DNA of 64,000 bases from assembly GCF_000150275.1 (NCBI RefSeq), contig NW_002060972.1, positions 62,001-126,000 on the forward strand, in the 5' to 3' direction. Source of the DNA: Trichoplax adhaerens. Its lineage: Eukaryota; Animalia; Placozoa. This document shows positions 1-12,410 of this stretch, piece after piece. How positions within the stretch are numbered: position 1 is the first letter of the stretch; each line of letters opens with the position of its first letter. The notes beneath the pieces were generated by a model that was not told where the DNA came from, did no database searches, and saw only the letters and a list, made by a program, of their open reading frames with translations. Position numbers and translations under genes: made by a program.

Positions 1-3000
1 GGGTAAATAATATAATTTAGTTATACTTTCTTACAATGATTATAGTACTGCCAACGAGAATGATCATTCTACTTCCTTAAATCGATCAAGCAATAAGTTT
101 CACAAGTCGTTTAAGATACAGAGATTATAATTCTGCTTTAAAAATAATTTGTAATATTATTTAATTCCATAGCGCTGTCAGATTTATCCTTTACGTTATT
201 CATCTTTGATGAAGTGGAAGAGCCATCTTATATGGATTATTTGACATTCGCTAAAAATAGTGTCGTTATTTCTACACAGTCTAGTCAAGCTGTGATTGAA
301 AAATTCGATTACAATATCCAATCTCAGGTAAGTTTCCGATTAAATATATTTACAAGTATAGCCTTAGTAATTATGTTTAGGTATTGCAAAAGTATTTAAA
401 GCAGTAATGGGTAATGGAATAACCTAAATTATTAAATCTTTGCTGCATTACAGCACAGTAGTTATCTAGTTCATGTAACTAAAATTGAATAAACTTACAA
501 GTATATCCTCAGTAACTCAGTTTAAGTGTTGCAAAAGTATTTAAATTAGTAATGGAATAGCCTAAAGTAGTAAATCTCCCTAGTATTAGAATAGTTATCT
601 AGTTCACGTAACTAAACTTATGTGAGTAATAATTTTCTTCTAATAGGAAAGCTTTACTCAACAAGAGGCTTTGCAAATTATAGCATCATTTCAAGAAAAT
701 GCCAAGACGCAATCATGGGTCAATGATGACATCGTTAAGCAAGTAGTAGGAAAGTATCGATCAAGTCCGCAAGCAATTGCCTTAGTAGGTGGAGCTCAAC
801 TAAAATCCTTGGACGAATGGAAAGAAGTTCAAGCTTTACCGGAAGCAAAGCGGACTACGAAGCAGTCAGAAAACACATTCACATTATTCACTCATATCAT
901 GAATAAACTACCAGAACGAACACGAAAACTATTTACACTACTAGGTGCATGCTTTAGAGTTAAAATTCCCGTTGCCGTTATCACTATATTGTGGAACTTA
1001 CCGGCTGATCAAGTCTCAGTAATACTGCAAGATTTACATCGACGATCATTACTATCTTATGCTAGTGAAAACGATTGCAGGTAATAGTAAAAGGAGCTAA
1101 TAAACTTGAAGTAGCAATAGAATTTTATATTGAAATTGTGAGATTAGAATTAATTTAAAAAAAAGGAATTTTAAAGTTATGACTTTCGTTCCACTTGAAT
1201 CTAACTCATTAAGTATTTGTTACAGAATGATTGCAGTAGTAGCATATCAAACAGATACCGGTACGAGCATATTACTAATTGAATCCCGCACTAAAAACTT
1301 GTAGGCCTTATTGCCAAATCAATAACTTAATCATGGACTACTTGCAGTTACCTTCCAATGCACAATATGTTCAATCGGATTACATGAAAAATTTACATCT
1401 CAATCTGATTAATCAATATCAATTGCATTGCGATGAAAATTGGATACTAAAAGAAGACGATGGCTACTTTTATCGCTACTTCATGAATCATCTGATGGCA
1501 GCTGAAAAAGACGATATTATTCAGCAAATCTTATCAAACAGTGAATGGATCAACAATCAGTTAAAACTACTCAAACAACCTTCATTCTTATATGCTAATA
1601 TGGAACAGATTCAGGACTATTTGCAAAGAAAGGTATATTAAATTACGTAGAATAAATTCTTCTGTTGAATAGTTCTTTCGTGGAAGTCAATGCATTCTTC
1701 AAATTTCAGAATTGTACTTTAACATCCTTGTAGAAGAAGAGCCTAAATAATTCTTTAAAAAGTCGTAAATTTAGTGTATTTTGGATTCAAATATGATATC
1801 TTCCAAATAAATGGGATAAATATGAATAGAAAGTTCTCCTTTTGAATAATTTTTGTATAATATATATATGTATATCGATACATTTTATGCAATCTTTAGA
1901 AACGTTCCTCTAACACATATAAGCGGATTAGGCTTATACTGGTAATGATTTAAAATACAGCTTATCCAGGCTATTTTAGATCAACAAGACAGTCTTTTAG
2001 GCAATAATCCATAGCCATGATATAATGGAATAAAGATTAAATTTCTTCATATAGGATTTAGATTCGACTTCAAAGCCATTAGAATTCTTGAAAAGATTTG
2101 AAAAATTTCTACCGAAAAGTGATCCAGATCTACTGCAGTTAATTTTAGATTTTGCACCTAGCGACAGTCCTCTGCGTCAGCAAGCATATAAAAGTGCTCG
2201 TCGATTAAGCAAAGAAGGGAAAGGGATTTACCTGAAATTGAGGTTGCAATAAATCATACTTTGCCTATATATTATTAAGAAAAGACTGATTTAAAATGAA
2301 GTCTTTACTAATCTGTAGATTAATGTGTATCTAACTATTATAATTAGCTACTCCGAAAACAGAAGTCCTGAAAATTTCTACGACATACAGAATTTGCCTG
2401 AGGAAGAAGAACCAAATGTAAATAGATCAAGTTAATGCTACCTAAGTTTACTTTATCTCGTCATTATCGTATATTACCGTTAACTTACTGGAGATAAAAC
2501 TGTAATACGAATAATCATTCTTGCACCGATCATTGCTAATTTTAAAGCAAATTAAAAATAAGACAAGTTAATTTAGGAGTATTATATTGTTAATATTTTT
2601 ACAGTTACGGAATTTAGTTATCGAAAGAGGTAATCCATACACCTTGTTTGAAGGCAAAATTTATCGTTATGCGGAAAGCTTCGATCATAAAATGAAAGCG
2701 CGTGGATATGGCCCAGTGAGTAATTCATTATTGCCTTGGCACTTGGCAATACTTTATTTATGCATTTTCATAATAAGTCGAAGAAGAGTTGTCATACATT
2801 TGTGGTATTGTTTGGAATTATTCGAAAATAGATGGAACAGAAATGTTTTAAATTGAGTAGTCCATGTTATCGCATTTAAGTAAATGAGAAGGGCTATTTT
2901 TTGCAGAGCACTTATTCTTCTTTACAAAGAAATAGTCTTTGCAGTATTTACTTACTAGTAATACAGTAAGAACATGCATCACCTAGCTATCATTTATTGC

Positions 3001-6000
3001 TATGTATTTATTCTCCATTGCAATGAAAACATTCATTGCTGTTTCCTGATGTAATACTACAGAGTTTATTAGTAACTTTAAGTACATAGTATTTATTCTC
3101 CATTTGCAACGAAAATATTCTTTTCTATTTACTTGAGCAATACCAGTATCATATGATTTGTTAGCACCATTTTTTGTAAATTACTTATTCTTCATTGAAA
3201 CCGAAATATTTATTGCTGTTTATTTGTGCAGTATTACAAGCTTTATTAGTGACATTTTCTGAAGCAATTTATTCTCATTTACATCAAAGAGAGAAATGGC
3301 TATTTATATAGACGATATTACAATGTTTTATTAGCAACTTGTCCAGAAAATCTATCGTTGAACAAACATTGCCTGTGAGGATTCATTCTCTTTTACAGCT
3401 ATGCTCTGATACCTTTTAATCTATTAATTAGTTTCGTGGCATGAACATGTATCGATTTAGTTGGGAAATTGTTTCGGTTGAAGAAGGTTTGCAATTGCTA
3501 TTTATTCTGGAAAATGGTGAAAAAGCAACACACTTAGAGGCTTGTAGCGTCCAATTTCTTGAGAGAAGTAACACATCGTTTGTTACTATTTCAGAAGAAA
3601 AGCATCAATTGCACGTAAGAAAATAAATTTGTCTACCATCTGTATTAAATTGGTAGTTTGTATTAATTATTGCACGCTATAAGTCGCAAAGAAAAGCATT
3701 AAACAAGCCGCTATAACGATACTAATCAATTACTTGCTACATCATTTATATTCATGGCTCAATTATTTATATATATGATATTCTATACTGTACGTATACA
3801 GCAAGTATTACAACCTACGTTAAGTAGCACTTATACATGTGATTTCTCTAATAATAGTCTAGCCAAAAATATTCAAGTTTCATTTTTAAATCAGAGTTGC
3901 TTATGTAGATGCGCTGATATTATTCTGAACTTAGCTTTAGCTATAGCAAGTAGAAATAGAATAATTTCTTGTTTTAGTTCCGAAATTATCATTTATTTTA
4001 CGCTGAATTTTGACAACTCTAAGTCATATAAGAGCATTATTACTACATCCAATGATTCTAAACATTCAAAAATAGAATTTTATTCATTTCTTAAGACTGC
4101 TGACCTTGACTTACCGATATTTTCTCATCTCATTTACGATAGCTATGGGAAATAAAAGATGGAATGATTCATTGCATAAGAAGTTCTACTCCTACAGAAT
4201 TTTACATTAACAACTTTTCCTTTGTACCCGACACGACTAATATACTTGTGGCGATAGAAAGATATCAAAGATGGAATATGTATATGCCCAAAGACTTGAT
4301 CAACGAATGCTATATTGAGGTGAGTTATCCAATACCAATTATAGTGTACATAAGGTATTTCATTGCCTTGATTGCTCTACTATATTAGCATATGAATACC
4401 ATCATCTCAAAGCTAATATTTTAGTGTATCATCTATACTAATTAGTTAAGATCATGGCTAAAAAATGTATCTATTATTCAGGTTTGGACACTGAAAAATC
4501 TTCAGCCTATCTCAAAGATAACAGTGCCTGCTAGAATGAATAGTTCATACAAGCCTCTGACTGGAAAGCCTGATCCAAGCGATCATTTAATATCCTATGT
4601 TGGCCCGTTCGATGATAGCCGTTATTTAATATCTTATGGAAATATTAGCGGTTTACTGACTATTGAAAATTGTCGAGATAAAACGGAGAAAGATTTCGCT
4701 AACCATTGGTCGGACATGTTTAAGATAATCGATAACGGTTATACTCATCTTGCCATATCAAAAGACAAGAAATATATTGCTTGTATGTCCTACTTCGGAG
4801 ATATTCTGGTAGGTACATTGAACGACTGAACAATTTAGTATAGGCCTTAACATTAATCACTTTAAGTATAGTGTCATATTTACTTTTTCACCAGGTTAAG
4901 GTTACCTTAGACAAGCAGTAGTTCTATCTTTACTTTTAGCTTCTATCCTCTCTTAAATTCCTTACATCTGGCATTACTTCATGTCATAAATAAGATCACC
5001 TTCATGCTAAATATACCGTTATAGGAATTAAATACATATTACCTGGGTGCTGCATATTAGTGGAGTGGCTTGTTGTTATCACTTGTCCCTTTCTTGTCAT
5101 CTCTTCACTCTTCAGTTTGTTTTGATAGGCTTAAATAGAGTAGTACTACGAATGTATATTCATGCAATTGCTTCATGATCTATTTTGCCGATTTTGATTC
5201 AGAGTAAAGTTTTTAACCTACCTTGATTAAGTAGGAATATTGCGAAATGATAGCAAATATTCCTTTTACCTTAATATCATATCAGGATCGTTTTGTGAAT
5301 GTATCTCCTTTTATGTTCTGTTTAGCGTCTTCTTTCTATCCCAGTATGTTTTCAATTTTAGCATAATAAAGTTAAATACTTCATTGCTGCTACTTAAATA
5401 TCATTCTGACTGTTTTTTTAATTTTTCGATGGCATTTTGTTGTTGTAGTTCTATCAGGTTGGTCCCAATGAGATTACGTATTATTCCATGATTGTATGCG
5501 AAAATGGCAATTCCCGAATATCTTTTGTGGATGATAGCTATGATATTATGATCCACTTTGATAACACTCGTCTTTATTATGCCTTTCCCAGTAAGTCTCA
5601 CTACGATTAATATAAATTAGTGTAAAGCGAGATGTTCCCAACTCATTTCTAAATTTGATGATGAATGCCCGTTTTAGCTACGTATAAACCAATATCAACG
5701 CAGGGACAGGCCAACGCTGGTAGAAATTATAATTTGCAAGTTTCCAAGAACAAAATTGTTAATAATGTACTAGTCATAGCGGAAATTATCAAAACAGAAG
5801 ATAATTTCCAGCTAAAGGTTTGTACCACCACGCTACAGAAATATTGGATATCAAATTCTGCCGGTATCACATCTTTCCGTAGCCAAAGTAGCAAAGTTAC
5901 TTGAGTCCTAATTTGAAAATTTTTGTTAATTTAACAGGTTCACCGAGGCGATCGTCAAGAAGAAGTTTCCAGTCATCATTTTGGCTCTCACTATAAATCG

Positions 6001-9000
6001 ACTTTTGTATCCAAAGATCACTCTACTGTCGACCTTTTTCTATTTGAAGATCTTCCAAGTATTTTGTTGACTGAAGTTTATGCTTGCGAGAATGAAGATT
6101 GCTTAAAAGATCAAGACAAGAGACATTATCACTGCTTTTATAGCGTAAGTTACAGTCTTATTTAAATCTAAAGTGTCAAATCATGGAAAACCACCCAATC
6201 AGCTGATCGTTTTTATTTTACACACAGCTATATTATGAATATTCCTAATAGTTCCGCTTAGAAGTAATTTTTTATCTGAATAACATCAGAATATGCTATC
6301 GTTAGTGTTATAATCGTTTGATTAGAATTTATATGCCGACAGTTTATTTATAACCTATAACACGCAATAAATTGGATAACTAGGTATTCACGTGGAAGTA
6401 GTTCATTGGTCCAGTTTTCTATTCCTTTCTTGCATGCATAGACTCACTCTGATAAGTACTAATCTAATTCTAATTCTGGGTGCGATCAATATTGAATATC
6501 AGCCAAAGTGTTTATTGCTACTATATTAGAATACAAGCAATGGAGACCTTGAAAATAATTCCAAGGGTAGAAATTAAGTCTATTCTCCATCATCAAGCGA
6601 TCCTTCACATGTCGATTTGCCTACATTCATCAACGAGCGAATTTCAAAATTTACTTTTTTACCTAATTAAATCATGGACGTAATTAAAATTCAATTTCTC
6701 CTTGCACCTCTAATTGTAGCGATGAAATACTTTCAAGATTTACTTTACCTGTGCAATTAATTAGCACAGCTATAGTGATCATTTTTCACTATCCTTGTCT
6801 AATATCTATACTACCAACAGACAACTTTCAAGATTTGCTTTTCTTACATATTAAATCATTAATGTCATGTTCCTTAATTGCAATGAGTGGAGTTAAGAAT
6901 ATTGATAACCTCATTTTATCTTGTAGCTGAGAAGATTTGATGACCTTGACCATGATTTTTGGGTTTATGAAATCTTGGTAAGTGATTTCAAGCATCAAGA
7001 ATCTCAACCACCTTCGGTAGGAGGAATATCTCCTTCCTTTACGATTCCCACATTAGCCCTCGTACCAGGAATGGGAAAATATGGCTTTATAGATAATACT
7101 AAGCCTAATATTAGAATTGAATCCTTTTACCGCCAGTATGACAATCAAATAATGGTCATAATCACGGTGAGAATAAGCTGCTTATTAAAATCAAGCCTAC
7201 ATCGCATCTAAAAAGATCCATAACTATTTTAAATAAGTATATACGAGACTAGTCAAGAACTAGGCATTACATAATTATTACATTTCCTTTATTGATGACT
7301 TTTTAGCACTTTAAATATTTCTAGCAATTCATAATTTAGTAAGTAATCCCGGACTTACAATATTATAATTGTAAGATATTACATGAAATTAAATTCATGT
7401 TAACATGACAGTAAAATTTAGCCATACTATCTTATACTAGGAAAGCCGGCGACTAATTATCCTGTTCATCGATGCTGCGAGTGGGGCTACTACTGCTAAA
7501 CATGTCGAAGAGATTAATGATATCGCTCCAGCAATTGCTTATTTAGCTAATGAAAACTTTGTTCTTTATCATGAATCCAATACAAAGGTATGCGCCGAAC
7601 AGGAACGAATCCTCAAGGTATGGTAGTTGCGGATGTATCAATATTTAATTTCAGGCTTTTGAAAACATTGATTTTATCTATTTTGTTGATGAATGCCACT
7701 TGATTCTCTTTGGATTAATGGCGAACCTCTACAGTCTTTTCAACTTTTAATAAGATGTAAAATGCAAACCTAGTGATCTTAGTCAATTTCGACTATAGAA
7801 CCGTGATACCTTAGAAATCAAGAACAGGAAATTTTATACGATCCGGCGTTGATTAAAATTCCCCGGACAGTTGACATAAAATGTTCATCAAAGTATTAGC
7901 TGTTCTGTTCTTAGCTCAATACTGCAAGTAGAATGAAAAATTACAGTTTTAAAGATACTTACCAGCATAAATTCCTTAGTTCAAGAGCTGGAATGGCCAT
8001 TACAATACTTCGCTTATTTTACGAGTGTGAACATTATAATTGGCAACTTACGTTTTGGCGCTCTATTTATAATTAAATATACTTTTTGAAGTACAATATG
8101 CATATGTGCTCAGCCACAAGCTATCTGATGTATCTACATATCTATTAAAAATTAAATCCTGGTAGGTTTGGATTGGAAATAAATAATCAAAATACTAATA
8201 GGTTTTCTATCTGTCTCAGATATCACAAAAGAATAGAATTAATGAGCTAGAAAAGCATTTACAAACGTTTTCGTATCTTAATATAAGTACCGCTATCATT
8301 GACTAATTAATTCATTTCCGATCTCAGTCTTGCAAAAATTTAACTTTTAATGTACAGCATACCGTCATTGCAGGTTAAATGAGTTTCATCGGGGATTATG
8401 AATGACAGAGTTATGTTTCTATCTACTTACGTAGAAATACAAGATGCAAGGTAGCAATATCCAAGTTGTACAATGTGTTAAAGGAAAATTATTTAATGAA
8501 GAAGAAAGACCAGTTTCTACCTATTGTAAAATGACCATTTCTGAAGACAACAAAGATATCCAATTGACTGATGTTCTTAATGTTGACGATGATGATAAAA
8601 TTAAGGAACAATTTGGATTAACAGACTGGAAAATTTCTGTAAGTAATATTGATGTCTTATATTCTTTGCATCCTGTTACACGGAGTATGGCTCTATCCTA
8701 TCGGTGTTTCCGACACCTCTTATTAATATGGGCTTACGCTTGTGAATTAAATCTTGCGTAGAAAAAGGAAGGATATAACCGTGCTTTAGGTATTTTGATT
8801 CGTAAAGGAAACTATGCCATGGTATGTTTTATGATGTTGGTTGTTATTATTACTGTTTAAATTTGAAGAGATTTTACATGGCTCCATTATTATATCAACT
8901 GATTTTTCAACGGCCTATTTTCTGTTGAAAAGGTATTTCGCGAACCTAGCCAAGGCAGCCACCAACAAGCTAGCTTCTATGCAGGTAATCGAAAAATCGA

Positions 9001-9235
9001 GTTTAATCCGACTTCTACTTATTTGCCTCATTTATGGGATAAAAAGTATGCCGTTATAGCCGAGGGCAGTGGAATTGAGATCTATGATAATGCAACATTG
9101 CAATTAAAACTGAGGTATTCACCGATTCGCCTTTGTGATGAATACGTTACTTCAGTTCAAGCAAGTCCTGATGGTAAAACTATTACCTGCACGCAACCTC
9201 ATAGTTGTTTAAATATTATGAAAGCGATCATTTAG
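1..9235 (+). CDS. APAF-1-like NB-ARC/helical/WD40 protein, copy 1 (multi-exon, 5' part outside window; divergent nucleotide-binding motifs)
   Basis: GT-AG exons align in order with copies 2 and 3: 173-327 (FTLFIFDEVEE, Walker B position), 647-1080 (YRSSPQAIALVGG, GxP position), 1305-1632 (YCQINNL..DDGYFYRYFMNHL). Later exons give beta-propeller-like strands (LWEIKDG, VWTLKNLQ, HLAISKDKKYIA, VTSVQASPDGKTI). Stop at 9235. Confidence 0.85.
381..615. repeat. Intronic direct duplication (~90-100 bp x2)
   Basis: ttgcaaaagtatttaaa...agttatctagttca(t/c)gtaactaaa occurs at ~381-484 and ~527-615. Confidence 0.75.
2900..3340. repeat. Degenerate intronic tandem repeat (~80 bp unit, ~5 copies)
   Basis: Recurring ttattctc(c)att..gcaa.gaaa..att..ttgctgttt...tttattag motif. 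Confidence 0.55.
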
Positions 9236-10022
9236 CGCTGATCTACTTTTTTTCCTGCAGAGTATAAAAGTGGTAATGATAAAATGATAGACAACCTATG
9301 AAAATGCTAGGAATGTCAATAGATTGATTTTGTCGTTTATTTTTTCTGTATTTTACAAATAAAACTGTACATCCATAGTTTATTTGTGAAATTGATATGG
9401 TAGAAAAATTGCGGTAGGTGTAATTGATTTCGTGGTAAAGAATAAAACAGAGCGCTTTCCATTTGTACTCAGTAAAATGGGCCATTTTATTATAGATATT
9501 TCATTACTGATTTAAATTATAATTTTAGGATGAGACAGAGTTAAACTCGTAATACCAGACAAAAGGAGATTGCAGTAATGAGTACCTTAGCACGATTTTG
9601 CCTTGATAAGGGAAGGGAATCGTTGTAGGAAGTCAAAACGGTGCTTTGAAATAAGTCATATAGATTGGATAGCATCATTTCTAATTCTTTGCATCGCAAA
9701 ATCAATGGATGCTACATTAGATAGGGTTTATCATTGCTGTAAAAATAAATGTATCGTTAATCGTTCAACATCATATTGTCATTTCTTGGCTATTCCTAAA
9801 CGGTGATTGCATCTTCTCTGATCATGATAAGTCACAATGCAGCTTTAAGTTAGTAGGGACTAACGATTGAGTGCATAGTGACGACTGTATCAAAAACATA
9901 TTGCTAACCATTTGCAATTAGTCGTGATGCCGATTATTGTCTTCATTAGAATACAAGTGCAATTACAATTTATTCCATAGCTCATCTAAATCGGATGCTT
10001 CTTTCGTCTGAGCAGAGGATGT

Positions 10023-11189
10023 GTGGTAATTAAAGTTTATTTTTGACGAGATATAAGAGGAATTCGGTAGCAAGCGATATAGAAGAAATATTAAATTTGA
10101 TTAAAGAGCATTTTCAACTCGACCATTAGAATCTTCCGGTAAACGCTACGGTATTTTTACTCGATGAATTACTGTATCCACCTGAAGAAAGAGCTGAAAT
10201 GGTGCGACTTATGCGCAGGTATCAGTCACCCATCTTAGCAAAGAGGGTATTCAAGGCCAAGTATCCAAAATTAAACCCGGTGGAGTAAACCTTTACATAC
10301 AACGTGAAAATGTATGCGATGACCCAGTCGTGTCATGGCAAAAAATATAAGAAAAGACCGGACTTAGTGGGATAGAGAATACCAGTTATTAAGGCCATTA
10401 TCGCTAGGAATCCACATAAATCAATAAAGCAAATGGCACATGAAACTGGTATTGCCAGAACCTGTGCTCATCGCATTTTAACTCAAATTTTAAAATTAAA
10501 ACCATATAAACAAGCCTGTCATCATGAATTGTTCCATAAAGACTACAAGAAACGTAAAGATGCATGCAATACAATGATTGATTCCATTCGACTTCAGAGT
10601 AATTGAACGTACAGAATCATATTTACGGATGAGGCAACTTTTTACGCCAACGGTACTGTGGCTTCACAGAATAGCCGTTGCTGGAGCAAAGTTAAGCCAA
10701 GTTTCTTTTTTACTAAATCGAGACAGGCTGAGAAAGTGACGGTCTGGTGTGCCTTTCAAGTGAATGCTATCATCGTGATAACTATTTCACCATGTTGCAG
10801 CAATATGCGATACCTAAGATTGCCTCATTAGGTCTTCTTGATAACTGCCTATTCCAGCAAGATGGCTCTCCGGCCCATTATAGCCGAAGCGTCATCGATT
10901 TCCTCTACAACATATTCAAAGGTAGGTGGATGGGTAAATTGAATATTGCAGCGATCACTTGGCCGGCATGTTAGCCGGACCTTACTCCACTCCATTACTT
11001 TCTGTAGAGTTATTTGAAGCAAGGTGTCTATTGACAAACGATTATTGTCCGGATATTCACATTCTTAAAGAAAATATTGAAATAGAATTTGGTACAATCA
11101 TGCTAGATGTGTTCCATAATGCCTACGAAACATTCGTTAACAGAATACAGAAATGCATTTCTGCTAGTAGAGGTCGCATTGAGTTATAA
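10023..11189 (+). mobile_element. Decayed Tc1/mariner-superfamily transposase (DD41D/rosa-like) pseudogene
   Basis: Conceptual translation: YPPEERAEMVRL..., NPHKSIKQMAHETGIARTCAHRIL (HTH), IIFTDEATF, KVTVWCAF, FQQDGSPAH, RWMG...WPAC*PDLTPLHYFL*SYLK, RIQKCISASRGRIE. Several in-frame stops and frameshifts. TIRs not identified. Confidence 0.9.
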
Positions 11190-11374
11190 ATTGGACGTTA
11201 TGATTGGTGTATTTCGTTTGATGTTCCTTGTTCACTTTCAGTACTTATCGGTATGTATTTTAACTTGTGTTCTTCTTATTCTTTGAATGCCAGGATATAT
11301 TCGGTAAGTATAGGAAATGGTAAGAATGTTAACATTGAATGATATTGCAAAATTCATAGTATAGATGTTAGCAG

Positions 11375-11452
11375 ATGTTACGGCCATTCCTAAGAATGAT
11401 TTTGTCTTTTAGATTTTAAGGACAAAATCATTCTTAGGAATGGCCGTAACAT
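11375..11452. repeat. Perfect inverted repeat (32-bp arms, 14-nt loop)
   Basis: atgttacggccattcctaagaatgattttgtc (11375-11406) is the exact reverse complement of 11421-11452. Confidence 0.95.
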
Positions 11453-12142
11453 AGATATTATTAAAATGGACAAAGTTTGTGTTATGAATAGTGAAACATT
11501 GTAGCTCTTATTAGTGTATCTTTGGTAGGCAGATTAAGGTAAAATACGCAGTCATAAGATGATAGGGTAATAGGGATGAGTAGCTTAAGAAGTCCCTAGG
11601 TTAAGCATATGTAAGGGATATAAATCAGTTAAGCTAACGCAATGAAGCAGTTCTTAAACACCTAAGGTTGTGTGCGTCACTGTGTCGCTATTCGCCAAGG
11701 TTCTACTAGTCAGAGACATGACAGTTCGCAGACATAGAATTTGAACTGCAATGGTTTAAGCAAAAGGAAAAATGAACAATATAAGACAGGATCGTAATAG
11801 GAATACCGAATCATTAATCCATAACATTTGACATATTAATACGTAAATAGTTAACAGACGATTACTTTCAAAATTGAATTGCATTATTAACTTTCTTTAA
11901 TAAGGGGAGAGTACTGCCATGTCATTATGCTCTCATGAATCTTACACCTCGCAGTGCTTTGCTTACTGGATTATATATTCAGTTTCAGACTGTTTAAGTT
12001 ATGCATAACATGAAGCCTTTCTTCCTTTAAAAGTAAGACGAATACGGTACCACTGGGATCGCCATCTATCATGTCTGCTTACTATAAAAAATTGTTTATG
12101 TACGCTCTTATCAAGTCCTTTTTATTTAGAGAAGAATATATT

Positions 12143-12370
12143 TCATTCGTTGAAGTGGTTATTCTTAAATAAGGTAAACCACCTATGGAAGGGAGTCATT
12201 CTACGCATTGATATATGACTACATGTAATTCCCTACAACTTGGTTTATGCATTTCAAGCATCGTTCAAGTTGTTATTCTTAAATAAGTTAAATCAACCAA
12301 AGATGGGAGTCATTCTACGCATTGATATATGACTGCATATATTTCCCTACCACTCGGTTTATGCACTTCC
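12143..12370. repeat. Direct tandem duplication (~115 bp x2)
   Basis: gttattcttaaataag...gggagtcattctacgcattgatatatgact...ggtttatgca is present twice. Confidence 0.85.
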
Positions 12371-12410
12371 GTGCAAATTTTGCCCGCTCTAACTAGAATA
12401 GCAGGTCCAA

